A DNA stretch of 64,000 nt, taken from positions 58,738-122,737 of the IMG/VR virus record IMGVR_UViG_3300028833_000086. One strand, written 5' to 3'. The DNA comes from a virus. Lineage: Duplodnaviria; Caudoviricetes. The translations under genes and the position numbers were made by a program. A model generated the notes under the pieces. It saw only the letters and a list, made by a program, of their open reading frames with translations. It was not told the DNA's origin and searched no databases. Below are positions 25,174 through 36,158 of this stretch, piece by piece (position 1 is the stretch's first letter; each line of letters opens with the position of its first letter).

Positions 25174-26118
25174 GTGGCTATTATGTTTAACAAAGAAATA
25201 AAAGAGGAATTTATTCAGTCAGCAGCACAAACAAATTCAAATATCGTCGAGTATATGGAGCGTGTATTTGATCGAGCCGAAGAAACGGAAATATTAATTA
25301 AAAAAGATATGCGTGATTGGAATACGGCTGATATTATTACGTTTTACAAGATGCAATTTTACACATCGTATTCTACTCTTAAAGTTCTTAATACCATGTT
25401 GTCCAATTATACAGAATGGTGCTTAAGACATAATCTTGTAGCTGATAGCCAGAATCATTATGATGAGTTGTCGGTAAAGACACTTATGTCGTGTGTTAAT
25501 ACGGCCCTTGCTAAGACTGGTATATTTACTCGCAAGCAGCTTCTGGCTAATATTGAAGGATTCTTTAATGTAAGCGATAAGTTTCTTGTCTTGGGCTTAT
25601 TTGAAGGTTTAATGGGCACAGGAATGAGTGATTTTTGGAATATCACATCAGAAGATATAGACGGCAACAAACTTAATCTTAAGGGCAGCGGAAGAGTGTT
25701 AGAAGTGTCTGATGAATTAATTCATTTTGCTTATAATTCTATCGATGAATTTGATTATCATCCGTTTGTTAATACTGAAAGTGATAGCACCCCTAAGGAT
25801 AAGAGTTTTGCAGTTGATGATCCGCGAGTAATTAAGGCTATGTGGAATACATCAGTAGAAAATGACGCAATACTTCGTAGACGCATGATGAATAGACTTG
25901 CACGTTTGACCAGAAGCGACGAGCAACCTTATAGACGTGGACTATTAATGGAGTCTGGACGAATAGATGCTATTAAACACTACATGAAACAAGATGAATG
26001 TAATGATATTCGTACTGTTTATAAAAAACATAAAGACGAATTGGAATACAGATATAATACTGTATATGATCTCGGATCTTGGATTCTTCAGTATTCATCG
26101 CATTTTGAACAGGCTTGA
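25174..26118 (+). CDS. tyrosine-recombinase-fold repressor-like protein (SPbeta YopR/MrpR-like)
   Basis: SAM-like N-terminal domain (FN...KE.FI, E....KD), L.L.FEG, and L.ESG in place of HxxR; lacks the catalytic R/H set; synteny with the DndB-like gene. Confidence 0.6.
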   Translation: MAIMFNKEIKEEFIQSAAQTNSNIVEYMERVFDRAEETEILIKKDMRDWNTADIITFYKMQFYTSYSTLKVLNTMLSNYTEWCLRHNLVADSQNHYDELSVKTLMSCVNTALAKTGIFTRKQLLANIEGFFNVSDKFLVLGLFEGLMGTGMSDFWNITSEDIDGNKLNLKGSGRVLEVSDELIHFAYNSIDEFDYHPFVNTESDSTPKDKSFAVDDPRVIKAMWNTSVENDAILRRRMMNRLARLTRSDEQPYRRGLLMESGRIDAIKHYMKQDECNDIRTVYKKHKDELEYRYNTVYDLGSWILQYSSHFEQA

Positions 26119-26160
26119 CATTTTTGTGGTTCGATGGTATTATAATCGAACAGATGTTTT
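26115..26160 (+). promoter_or_regulatory. sigma-A promoter with a Firmicutes LexA (SOS) box
   Basis: TTGACA-17-TATTAT with TGn extension, then CGAAC-AGAT-GTTTT at 26147-26160. Confidence 0.65.
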
Positions 26161-26186
26161 GATGACACAATAACGGAGGATATTAT

Positions 26187-26456
26187 ATGTGTAAAACAAT
26201 GATCTCTTATAATAATTTTTTAACTAAGGTATTATATAAAAATCTTTTTGTGAGTACTGGATTTTTCAAAATGGATATGCATGCTGATCATGTTTTAATT
26301 GGCGGAGAGATAGAAGATATCAGTACTGAAGCGTCTATTACAGTTAAGCCTACTGATAATATTTATGAAATTTACGAGGATGATGAAATATTGTTTGAGA
26401 TAAAAGACGAGGATGATAACACAAAATTGTATATTTTTGTTAGGGATACTACTTGA
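26187..26456 (+). CDS. small acidic hypothetical protein, probably SOS-inducible
   Basis: GGAGG RBS; directly downstream of the LexA box. Confidence 0.55.
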   Translation: MCKTMISYNNFLTKVLYKNLFVSTGFFKMDMHADHVLIGGEIEDISTEASITVKPTDNIYEIYEDDEILFEIKDEDDNTKLYIFVRDTT

Positions 26457-26545
26457 CATAAATACAATAATGTGTTATTATAATTATGTCGCCCAGATGG
26501 GCACAATCAAATTAACATTATTACAAAGAAAGGACAGAGAGAATT

Positions 26546-27667
26546 ATGAGATTTAAGTTCACAGGAAATGCTCATGCAGAAACCGACGAGAGTAAGAAGG
26601 GTTATTACAATCGTAGCGGTACAGCAAAGAATGGACAGCCCTACAGCAGCGTCTCGCTGTCAGTAGCGTCCTCAGCCAACAACAGAGGATATGTTGAATG
26701 CTTCGGTATGAAGCAGGATCCTATCCACACATTCGACACAGACGGAAAGAAGATTGATATCGATTGGGATGATCGTGAGAGCGAGGGAGTCCTTAAGACC
26801 GTTCGTTCCAAGAATGTACTGAACTTCACTGAGGAAGGCAGAAAGGAGTTCATAGCAAGTAAGGATGTGGCAGATTTTATTATTGATCACATCTTCGAAC
26901 TTGACAAGAAGAAGGTTACTATTACTGGTCAGGTTCAGAAAGACTTTTATAACGGCGCCGCAAGAGATAGATTTGTAATCTCAAGTATTTTTGTAGCTGA
27001 AGATTCAGTTAAAAATGGATTAAATATTTTGGGTGACTTCTTCTTTACCAAGGATAGCATGGATACTTCTGAGTGGAAGAAAGAAAAGAAGCTTATCATT
27101 GACGGTTATACCAAAGAGTATGTATCATCTGAAAAGAAGCAGATGTATGTACCTCGCCAGCTTATCTTTGATTGTTCAAAGATCGACTTTGACAATGATA
27201 AGCATGTGAGCCTTGTAAACTATAGACTTGCTCAGATTGGGCTTGCTCTTGACGGAGATAGCATTAAGAATAATCTTAAGGCTAAAAAGGTTTACAAGAT
27301 TGCAGTAATCATTTCTTATACCAACGGACAGGAAGAGATTGCTTTTGATGAAAAAGAGCTTACTGAGAACCAGAGAACTGCTATTGATCTGGGCCTCAAG
27401 ACTCTTGACGACTTCAGACCTAAGGGTAAGATTTATGGAGACAGAAAAGTTGAGTATAAACTCGTAGACTTTGATCTCAGGGATGACTACGCAGACGGCT
27501 GTATAGAAATCGACGATACACTTTCAGAATTTGAAGACGAGATTTATATCCCCGCTGAGCCTGAGAACGAGGAAGATGTTTTTATAAATAAGCCTACTGA
27601 GAAGAACGCTGAAACAAAAGACGATGATGATGAGGAAGAAGATGATGATCTTGATCTCTTCAACTAA
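26546..27667 (+). CDS. putative single-stranded DNA-binding protein (OB-fold)
   Basis: first gene of the replication module; very acidic tail ending DDDLDLFN. Confidence 0.55.
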   Translation: MRFKFTGNAHAETDESKKGYYNRSGTAKNGQPYSSVSLSVASSANNRGYVECFGMKQDPIHTFDTDGKKIDIDWDDRESEGVLKTVRSKNVLNFTEEGRKEFIASKDVADFIIDHIFELDKKKVTITGQVQKDFYNGAARDRFVISSIFVAEDSVKNGLNILGDFFFTKDSMDTSEWKKEKKLIIDGYTKEYVSSEKKQMYVPRQLIFDCSKIDFDNDKHVSLVNYRLAQIGLALDGDSIKNNLKAKKVYKIAVIISYTNGQEEIAFDEKELTENQRTAIDLGLKTLDDFRPKGKIYGDRKVEYKLVDFDLRDDYADGCIEIDDTLSEFEDEIYIPAEPENEEDVFINKPTEKNAETKDDDDEEEDDDLDLFN

Positions 27668-27726
27668 CTTGACAGTATAACAATGTGTGGCGTAACTGCC
27701 CCACGAGATTAAAAAGGAGAAAAGAA

Positions 27727-28857
27727 ATGGGTAAATTTGGAAAGAAGATGGAGATTAGCACCAATCCTCTTGACTATAATATCTGTATTCTTGGTGAGTC
27801 TAAAATTGGTAAGACCACCATTGCTAAACAGATGTGTGAAAAGCTTGTAGGCGATGATGGATATATACATTTTGATATTGGTCGTGAAGAAGGATCCTCA
27901 GCAATTGAAGGACTTGTATCTGAAACTATTGAGGACTGGTCAAAACTCTCTGAAGTTATAGACGATATCGTTGAGAATAAGGAATCCGATTATAAGAGCC
28001 TTAAGACCGTAATCTTTGATACACTTGATGAGCTTATTATTCTTGCAGAGAATGAATCTATTCGTCAGTATAATAAGGCACATCCAGATAAGAAAGTTGA
28101 CACAATTAACGGTGCATGGGGTGGCTTTGGAAAGGGTCAGGATTATGCAACCAATCTTATTCTTGACGCTATCTGGGAACTTAAAAAGGTAGGCGTTAAT
28201 TCTATCATTATTGGTCACGTTAAGAGAAGTGATATTACTGATCCTGTTACTCAGGAAACCTTTTCTAAGTTGACCGCTGATACTACTCAGAGATACTTTA
28301 ATGCTATTAAGAACAAGATGCACTTTGTTGCACTTGCTTATATTGACAGAGAAATTGTCAAAGAGAAAACTGGCAGACAGAATGTTATAACTAAAAAGGA
28401 TATTGAAATTAACAAGGCTGTAAAAGAAAGCCGTGTTATTTCCTTTAGAGACGATACTTATTCTGTTGATTCTGGATCTCGTTTTGCAGATATTGTTGAT
28501 AGAATTGCATTTGATTCTGATGAGTTCATTAATGCTATGCAGGATGCTATCGACAAGGAAAAGCATAAAGGCGGCAAGACTGACGCTCAGATCAAGAAAG
28601 AGCAAAAAGCAAGAGATGACGCAAAGGAAAAAGCAGCTAAGGAGTATTCAGAAAATAAGAAGAATGCTGAAGCTAATGCTGAAAAATCTGATGAACTTTA
28701 CGAGAAGATTAAGAATGCGGCACTCAGTATGGATAGCGACACCAAGGCTAAGATTGTTGCATTCTTGAAGGATAATGGTCTTAAGAACTTCAAGGATAAG
28801 GATGCATTCTCCCTTGATCAGCTTGAAGAAGCAGCGCAGATTCTTGGAGTGGCATAA
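27727..28857 (+). CDS. AAA_24 / Sak4-like P-loop ATPase
   Basis: GESKIGKT Walker A, TVIFDTLD Walker B, GGFGKG, IIIGH. Confidence 0.8.
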   Translation: MGKFGKKMEISTNPLDYNICILGESKIGKTTIAKQMCEKLVGDDGYIHFDIGREEGSSAIEGLVSETIEDWSKLSEVIDDIVENKESDYKSLKTVIFDTLDELIILAENESIRQYNKAHPDKKVDTINGAWGGFGKGQDYATNLILDAIWELKKVGVNSIIIGHVKRSDITDPVTQETFSKLTADTTQRYFNAIKNKMHFVALAYIDREIVKEKTGRQNVITKKDIEINKAVKESRVISFRDDTYSVDSGSRFADIVDRIAFDSDEFINAMQDAIDKEKHKGGKTDAQIKKEQKARDDAKEKAAKEYSENKKNAEANAEKSDELYEKIKNAALSMDSDTKAKIVAFLKDNGLKNFKDKDAFSLDQLEEAAQILGVA

Positions 28858-29311
28858 TGGCAACAAAAAAGAAAATAGTTGAACCCGTTGAGGCTAAGAA
28901 ATACGTTAAAGAAAAATCCTATAAAGAGCTGGCAGTTGAAAAACTGCTGGCTCGTGGGGTAAACGTTACGCTAGAGAGCGGGGTAATAATGACAAAAGTT
29001 AGAACACCTGACGAGTTGAAGATATATAAACAAGCAATCAAAGATATCGGATACAATGCAAGTTGGGGAGCAAAGATTATAAAAGGAGAAAATAATTATG
29101 AAACTGAACGAGCAGCTGAGAGTACTCAGGGACAAGGAACAGAAGATTACTGTTAAGGATGGCGATACTATTATCGTCGACAGGGGAATAAAGAACGATG
29201 TAACCTATGGCGTTCTCAATAGGGATGTTTTCTCAACCATTGTTGAAGACGATAAGAGTGTAACTATCTCACTCGTCAATAGAGATGCAGTAAAGAGAAA
29301 GTGAGAATAAT

Positions 29312-29806
29312 ATGAGACAAGTTAAGTGTCAGGATACTGGAATACTTGTCTCAAAATCAGATGCGTGGAAGGCTCCAGACGGTAAATATTACACGTCACA
29401 AGGAGCCTTCGAGCATCTTGAAAAGGAGAAAGTATACCGTCAAAAATGCCTCGAAGAAATAGGGAATATTATGGGATATACCAGAGGTCAAAAGTTCCCT
29501 ACAATTGTAGCTAAGAAACTTAAGGAATATGAATCATATGGGTTTGAAGTGGTATTCAATACCATAATTGAAAAAAGGCAAGTCATAATTAATTCTATTA
29601 GTAATAAGGATTTTACTTCTGAATACAATAAAACATCTTATATCATGGCAATTATTACAAACAGTATTAATGACGTGTATAAAAAACAACAAAATAAAAT
29701 CAAGCAACAACATATTAGTAGATCAGTAGCAACCACAGAAGAAGTTGAATCCATAGTAACTCCAGCAAATACTGGCAATATACACGATATATCTAGATTT
29801 TTATAA
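29312..29806 (+). CDS. hypothetical protein upstream of the helicase (possible loader)
   Basis: position, plus Y..AII.N.IND motif. Confidence 0.45.
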   Translation: MRQVKCQDTGILVSKSDAWKAPDGKYYTSQGAFEHLEKEKVYRQKCLEEIGNIMGYTRGQKFPTIVAKKLKEYESYGFEVVFNTIIEKRQVIINSISNKDFTSEYNKTSYIMAIITNSINDVYKKQQNKIKQQHISRSVATTEEVESIVTPANTGNIHDISRFL

Positions 29807-29818
29807 AGGAGTGGTTGA

Positions 29819-31282
29819 ATGATTGATATAAAAGAATTGCCCTCAGAACTTACTGAGGGACGACAGGAAATTGAATGTAATTTCGTAATAAGTTTCTACA
29901 AGGATCCCGAACTAATTGCGGACTATAAAAATAAGCTTACTGCGGGTGAAGATATAATAACAGATGCTGGGCAATTTTATTACAATCTTGCCCTCGGCAT
30001 GGCTAAGAATGGTTATGAATCGTTTGATGATATGGCAATCATAACCTATCTATCTAATAAAAATACAGTTAAGAAACGTTTTGATGAATACGGCGGATTA
30101 TCCACACTTCATGAAATGATGGGGCTTGTTAATGAAAACAATATAGATTCGTACTATGATAATCTTGCTAAAAATAACTTCCTCACCAAGTTATACCTTA
30201 AAGGTTTTGATATTCTTCGCGACATGAATAAGTATAAGGCTATGAGCGCTGAAGAGTGCTATGATTACATTGAGTATCAAATAAGTGATAGCATGGTTGA
30301 TGGCGTAGATAAGATCTATTCCGAAGATGTTAATGAGGACAATGATAAGTTTATCGATGAACTTGATGAAGGTGCAGAGCAGGGATATCCACTTGGTCTT
30401 AACACTCTCAATTATATGCTGGGCGGACTACACGCTGGAACAATGACGCTTTTGGGTGCGCCTATCGGACAAGGAAAGACCAGTGGATCGGTACCTATAT
30501 TTATCATGAAGAATCTTGAAGAGGGTAGGAATGTTCTTGTAATTAGTAACGAGCAGACTTGTAAAGAATATAGACAACTCATGCTCACATATGCGCTATT
30601 TAATAACTCAGAGTTTAAGGGTTGTGGTCTTAATAGAAAAAAGATTTCTCGTGGACACTTTACACCTGAACAGAAAGCAGAACTAAAGAAAGCAGCTGAT
30701 TGGCTTAAAAACCTTAAGGGTCATGTAAGGTTTGTAGAACTTCAGGATTATAATACGGCGGCAGTGCGTAAGATTATTACCAAGTATTCTAAGATTGGTT
30801 ATCCCATTGTGATCTATGATGTACTTAAACCTGCAGACGGCGCTTCAGACAGGGCATGGGCAGAATTTAACGCCTGTGCCGAAACTCTTTTTCAAATGGC
30901 TAAGAAGACTAAGGTGGCACTTGTATGTACATTTCAGCTGGCACCTGACTCACTCACAAGAAAGTATTTGGATCTCAGTTCAATTGGTAAGTCAAGAGGC
31001 ATTGCAGAAACATGTCATGCATGTATAATGTTCCGTCCTGTGTTTAATAATGAATACGAGAATTTGCATCCGTATAATTATAGAACAACAGAAGATGGCA
31101 AGAAGATTAAAGTATTGCTTGATCTTGATCCCGAGAAGCATTATATAATCATTTTTGTACCTAAGAATAGATCGGGAGAAGTTGAACCACAGATATGTGT
31201 ACAATTTGATATGGCGTTTATGAGAATGAAAGAGATTGGCTGGATAGATATATCGTTTGATAATTTTTCACGCAATCATTAA
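29819..31282 (+). CDS. dnaB: replicative DNA helicase (DnaB family)
   Basis: GAPIGQGKT, ISNE, IYD.LK, T.QL and KNRSG motifs. Confidence 0.88.
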   Translation: MIDIKELPSELTEGRQEIECNFVISFYKDPELIADYKNKLTAGEDIITDAGQFYYNLALGMAKNGYESFDDMAIITYLSNKNTVKKRFDEYGGLSTLHEMMGLVNENNIDSYYDNLAKNNFLTKLYLKGFDILRDMNKYKAMSAEECYDYIEYQISDSMVDGVDKIYSEDVNEDNDKFIDELDEGAEQGYPLGLNTLNYMLGGLHAGTMTLLGAPIGQGKTSGSVPIFIMKNLEEGRNVLVISNEQTCKEYRQLMLTYALFNNSEFKGCGLNRKKISRGHFTPEQKAELKKAADWLKNLKGHVRFVELQDYNTAAVRKIITKYSKIGYPIVIYDVLKPADGASDRAWAEFNACAETLFQMAKKTKVALVCTFQLAPDSLTRKYLDLSSIGKSRGIAETCHACIMFRPVFNNEYENLHPYNYRTTEDGKKIKVLLDLDPEKHYIIIFVPKNRSGEVEPQICVQFDMAFMRMKEIGWIDISFDNFSRNH

Positions 31283-31336
31283 CTTGACAAAGTAACAAAT
31301 GTGTGTTAGTATGCTCTTTGATGGGAGGTAGTATAT

Positions 31337-32449
31337 ATGAATTTAGTTTATCTTGATTATGCGGCAACAACGCCTGTATTACAATGTGCAAAAGATGCGG
31401 TAAATAAGTACATGGATATTTATTATAATCCATCAGCCGCTTATCAGGGCGCGCGTGAAGTTAGATCTGATATTGAAATGGCTCGTGGTATTATAGCAGA
31501 ATGCATTGGAGCAGATCCTGAAGAAATATTCTTTACCAGTGGAGCAACAGAAGGCAATAATATTGTAATACGTGGATTACTGCATTGTACTAATGGTAGA
31601 CTTGTTACAAGTAATATCGAGCATCATTCAGTACTTAATCTTGTTAATGGTAATTCATATATATTACATGTAGATCCCACAGGACATGTTGATCCAGACG
31701 ATTTAAAAGGTGCGATCGACAAGGGTGATCTTGTATCTGTTATGGCTATTAATAATGAGATAGGGACAATTCAGCCCATTAAAGAACTTGCCAAAATAAC
31801 ACACGAATATGATGCATTATTTCATACAGATATGACTCAGGCGGTAGGACATATGCCTATAAATGTGCATGAGTTAGGCGTTGACTTTGCAACAGCAAGC
31901 GGACATAAATTTGGAGCTCCTAAAGGTGTGGGCTTCTTATACATGCGTAAAGGATTAAGACTCTTTCCACTTGTAAATGGAGGTGGACAGGAACGCGGTC
32001 TTAGATCTGGTACAGAGAATGTGTGTGGAATTATGGCTATGGCCGCAGCGCTTCAGCATATGACAGATCATATGGACGATAATCTTAGACACATTGCAGA
32101 CATTAAAAGTTATCTTTGTGATGAACTTGATCATAGCGGATTTCACTTTGCATACAACTATGTCATTACAGATCATTACATGGGCAATTGTAATATATGT
32201 TTTATGAACCAGCGTGGTGAAGAGATTGTTGAGTTCCTGTCTAACAACGGAATTTACGTATCGTCTGGTAGTGCATGCACAACACATGACGAGGAACCTT
32301 CTCATGTGCTTAAGGCTATAGGATTAACGGATGATCAGGCGGAAGCGTCCATCCGTATTTCAATAAGTGAACAAACTACTAAAGAAGAAATAGATGAACT
32401 TATTAAAGCATTAAGAATGTATTTTTCTTTGAGGAGGAGTGATGATTAA
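31337..32449 (+). CDS. iscS: cysteine desulfurase (IscS/NifS family, PLP-dependent)
   Basis: YLDYAATTP, FTSGATE.NN, NNEIG, HTD..QA.G, SGHKF..PKG, RSGTEN, SSGSAC (catalytic Cys). Confidence 0.93.
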   Translation: MNLVYLDYAATTPVLQCAKDAVNKYMDIYYNPSAAYQGAREVRSDIEMARGIIAECIGADPEEIFFTSGATEGNNIVIRGLLHCTNGRLVTSNIEHHSVLNLVNGNSYILHVDPTGHVDPDDLKGAIDKGDLVSVMAINNEIGTIQPIKELAKITHEYDALFHTDMTQAVGHMPINVHELGVDFATASGHKFGAPKGVGFLYMRKGLRLFPLVNGGGQERGLRSGTENVCGIMAMAAALQHMTDHMDDNLRHIADIKSYLCDELDHSGFHFAYNYVITDHYMGNCNICFMNQRGEEIVEFLSNNGIYVSSGSACTTHDEEPSHVLKAIGLTDDQAEASIRISISEQTTKEEIDELIKALRMYFSLRRSDD

Positions 32450-33480
32450 TGATCGACGCCGTAAGTCTCAAAGAATATTTGAGAGGTAAAGAAGACGAAA
32501 TAGTTACCGTGCTTGAGAAAATAGGCATAGAAACCGAAAATATAAAATACCATCCAACACAGAATTACCTATCAATGCCAAGAATCGGAGGAGATAATAA
32601 GAATGGATTACTGATATGGCTTGATAGTCTGAATTATAAAATGATGACAAGAAATAAATCGGGTAATCTTTTCACGCTGGTAATGGATGAAATGGATTGT
32701 AGTTTTCCTAGTGCGTTGGATAAAATAGCCAAATGGGTAGGATATAAAGATGACATTAGGATTAGACTTCCGTTTGACGGTTTTTATAAGCAAGCAAAGA
32801 AAGATATATTTGGTAATTATGATTTAAATTTTACCTATTATTCAGAATCTGACCTACCCCCAGCCAATGCATTATCACAGAAATTCTTTAAGGATGGTGT
32901 TGATTTTAAAACTCAGGAATTGTTTGGGGTACGAATGGATCTCTCGGATAATAGTATTGCAATCCCCATACATGATTATGGCGGTAAATTAATAGGATGT
33001 AAAAATAGAAATAACGATCCTTTCTGTGATAAAGACCATAGATATTATGCTTCTTTACCCTATCCTAAAAACAATGTTGTATATGGATATTCGATGAACT
33101 ATTACAATATCATTAATAAAAATAATCTTGTTTTATTGGAAGCAGAGAAGGGGGTTCAGCAGTTATATAGTTTCGGATCAGGCATTGGATTGGGCGTTAG
33201 CGGACATTGTTTAAGCACCGTACAGGCACATTATATAAAAAGTCTGGGGGTGAAGAACATTATAATAGCGTATGATGAAGGAATATCTGAAGACGAGATA
33301 AGATTTGAGGCAGAAAAACTTAAAGTCAATAATCACATGATGAATAATAATGTGTATTATCTTTTTGATCGGAATAATTATTATCTCAATAAAGGATCAA
33401 AAGACAGTCCTTCCGATCATGGAAGATATGTATTTGAACAAATGTGTAAGAACTCTATAGTGAAAGTAGGTGCAGCATGA
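32449..33480 (+). CDS. DNA primase (TOPRIM)
   Basis: IAIPIHD..G.LIG...R, LLEAEK, IIIAYDEG; next to the helicase. Confidence 0.8.
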   Translation: MIDAVSLKEYLRGKEDEIVTVLEKIGIETENIKYHPTQNYLSMPRIGGDNKNGLLIWLDSLNYKMMTRNKSGNLFTLVMDEMDCSFPSALDKIAKWVGYKDDIRIRLPFDGFYKQAKKDIFGNYDLNFTYYSESDLPPANALSQKFFKDGVDFKTQELFGVRMDLSDNSIAIPIHDYGGKLIGCKNRNNDPFCDKDHRYYASLPYPKNNVVYGYSMNYYNIINKNNLVLLEAEKGVQQLYSFGSGIGLGVSGHCLSTVQAHYIKSLGVKNIIIAYDEGISEDEIRFEAEKLKVNNHMMNNNVYYLFDRNNYYLNKGSKDSPSDHGRYVFEQMCKNSIVKVGAA

Positions 33481-33926
33481 CTAAAAAAGAGTTAAAAGAT
33501 TATAAGATAGTTGACATAAATATAAAGGGCAATACAGTACGTTATTATCTTGCTAAGGACGAAACACTTTTAAAAGAGTATTGGGGCGACGACTGGGGTG
33601 ATCGTCCGTATGAACACAATGCGGGAACTGTATATAGAGAATATGTAGAAAAAATTATTGATATTTTTTACCCCTATGACATGGTTGTAACAGAACCTAG
33701 CGATGATTGGACATATCACGGCAATTCTCCCTTCTGTAAAGAAGACTTTAAAAAACGCAAAGCACCTAGAATATGTATTTATTATCCAGCACAGCCTTGG
33801 GATGAAGGCCCATATTCAAAAATTATGGGTGATGAATCAGTTAATAGAATTTACTATGGGGATCTTATTACAAAGGCACTTAAAGATAGTGTTTATTTTC
33901 AGGAGGTAGAGAATGAAGTTAAGTAA
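33477..33926 (+). CDS. hypothetical protein (WGDDW.D.PYEHNAG motif)
   Basis: coupled ORF with a motif that recurs in phages. Confidence 0.55.
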   Translation: MTKKELKDYKIVDINIKGNTVRYYLAKDETLLKEYWGDDWGDRPYEHNAGTVYREYVEKIIDIFYPYDMVVTEPSDDWTYHGNSPFCKEDFKKRKAPRICIYYPAQPWDEGPYSKIMGDESVNRIYYGDLITKALKDSVYFQEVENEVK

Positions 33927-34225
33927 GGTTGGGTGTTTTAATCTTATTACTGCATATATTAAACAGATTGGAATAGATTATATCGATGCTATGCATAAAA
34001 ATAACATTGAAGAAATGATTGAAATTGAAGAGCATATTTTATCAGATGATTTTTTAGGAGAAGCAATAGGCGTATCGGCAAAATCCACACTTTCATATCT
34101 GCGAGACATTAACGAAAGACATCTAGATTACTTTCATTACAAACCTGAAAAGTATGATTACGAGATTGTAAGGGATAAAATAAGTGGTTATCCTGTTGAG
34201 ATTATAAAGAAGGAGAAGGTATTAA

Positions 34226-35302
34226 ATGGAGAGGGCTAAGGAATCTCGCCTTGAAGAATTAAAAGAGCAGGGCAAGAATATATATTCCATATCAAGACTG
34301 AATAGTCTTAATCAGTGCCCCTATGCAGCGTACATAACGTACGTTCTTGGAGATAGGGGAGACAATAATGTATGGGCTGCACTTGGATCTATAATGCACG
34401 ATACGCTCCAGTATATTATTGATAAGGGCGTGGCAACACCAGCGTTAACGGCTGGGTTACTTACTAATAAACTCAATGACGGTATAGATAATATGGAGAT
34501 CAGCGGCGTTGATTTTCCTAAGGATAGAAATGGCGGCACTGCTATCAGAGATAATTGGATAGCCAACATGACTACCTTCTGCGATCACTTCAAGGCTCCC
34601 GAAGGTGAGTTTAAAACAGAGCAGTTGGTTATATATAGGACTCCCGAAGATGATTATGTGCAAGGCTACATAGATCTGCTCAAGATTAATGATGACGGAA
34701 CCGTAAGTGTATATGACTGGAAGACAAGTTCTCAATTCGTTGGAGACCATCTTATTGAGGCTGGTAGACAGTTGGTTCTTTATGCTCAGGCTCTTGAACA
34801 AGAGGGATATAAAGTTAGAGATCTAGCATGGGTAATGCTCAAGTATTGTGTAGTCAAGTGGAAACAGAAGAATGGTAAGATCAAAGAAAAGGTTTGCGAG
34901 TGGCGTAACTATGTATCACAGATCCGTCCATATCTTCTCAACCCTTCTGTGGCAGTCGACATTGATGAATTTGAATTGGATATGTTAGTCAGTAAGGCTG
35001 TCGAAGAAAACTCTCTTGATGGGCTTCCTAAGGAGTTAAGAGACCAGTTTGAAGTCGAACAGTATGTTAGATATTACGATTACACTCAGGAAATAATTGA
35101 CGAGACACTTGACTATGTAACAAATCAAATCCAATCGTTTAAAGATCGTGGTCAGGACGAGAAGAATTATCCACCTAAAGATGTAGCAAAGGATAGTTAT
35201 TTCTGTTCATCATTGTGCGGACATAATAGAAGATGTCCGTATTATAAAGATTATTGCGCAACGTTTGTTAAAAAAGATAAAGAAGATGAGGATTTATTTT
35301 AA
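34226..35302 (+). CDS. PD-(D/E)XK exonuclease (AddB/Cas4-like, four Cys)
   Basis: YS.SRL....CP, G...H, GYIDL, DWKTS, QL.LY, C-terminal FC..LC....CPY. Confidence 0.85.
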   Translation: MERAKESRLEELKEQGKNIYSISRLNSLNQCPYAAYITYVLGDRGDNNVWAALGSIMHDTLQYIIDKGVATPALTAGLLTNKLNDGIDNMEISGVDFPKDRNGGTAIRDNWIANMTTFCDHFKAPEGEFKTEQLVIYRTPEDDYVQGYIDLLKINDDGTVSVYDWKTSSQFVGDHLIEAGRQLVLYAQALEQEGYKVRDLAWVMLKYCVVKWKQKNGKIKEKVCEWRNYVSQIRPYLLNPSVAVDIDEFELDMLVSKAVEENSLDGLPKELRDQFEVEQYVRYYDYTQEIIDETLDYVTNQIQSFKDRGQDEKNYPPKDVAKDSYFCSSLCGHNRRCPYYKDYCATFVKKDKEDEDLF

Positions 35303-35915
35303 TGAGTAAACGTAGCCTTGATAAGAAAAGAGTATTTCAGGATAACTTTATAAAGCGTTGGTGCTGTTCTGCGGTTAACCATCCTGAAGGCTGGGCGTGG
35401 TGGAAGCGTAAGAATCGTAAGCGTGCCAGACAAAAGAGAAAAGAAGAAACAAGGAAGGAGGTAGAAAGCTAATAATGAAGTGTAAATGTGATAGATGTGG
35501 TAAAGAATATGAATATTACGGAAAGGATGTCGGAGAGGATCTTATTAAGGTTGGGGGAGAGTATATTAAATTATGTGAATCCTGCATGTTTAAAGTTGCA
35601 ACGTTACTAAAAAAGACTGATTATGAATGGATCCGTGACGCTCTTACCCGAGTAGGATATGAAAATGATATTATACCTCATGATGACAAACATTATTTTG
35701 TTCTCAATGCTTATGGTAATAAGATTGCCATAGAGTTTGATGAAGCTGGCGAGTTTGAAAAGATCACCGAGGCTGAATAATGCGGGTTAGTAAGCGTGCG
35801 GCGGCTACGTCGCCGTGTAAGAATTGTAAGAATAGATCTGCAGAGTGTCACAGAAATTGTATTAAATACGTGACATATATAAAATCAAATAAGAAAAGAG
35901 GTTGTGTTAAATATT

Positions 35916-36158
35916 ATGAACACTAATGAAGATGTGGTAAATCATCCCAGTCATTATACTGCTGGGAAGTATGAAGTAATTGATATGATTAGTGAGATTG
36001 TGGGACATTATGAAGGAGAGGTGGCGTATGATCTTGGCAATACAATAAAGTATATATCTCGTGCAGGGCTAAAGAATCCTGATAAATTAGTCGAAGATTT
36101 AAAAAAGGGACGTTTCTATTTAGATCGTGCTATAAAAAAACTTGAAGAGAGTACTTGA
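35916..36158 (+). CDS. DUF3310-domain protein
   Basis: D.VNHPSHY, GN.IKY..RAG.K and EDLKK...YL. Confidence 0.85.
   Translation: MNTNEDVVNHPSHYTAGKYEVIDMISEIVGHYEGEVAYDLGNTIKYISRAGLKNPDKLVEDLKKGRFYLDRAIKKLEEST

Noticed and set aside
23955-32449. Dnd phosphorothioation system (DndB-like protein plus cysteine desulfurase as DndA)
   Set aside because: No DndC/D/E or Ssp genes in the window. The genes are 6 kb apart, and the DndB-like gene fits the SPbeta YopQ context better.
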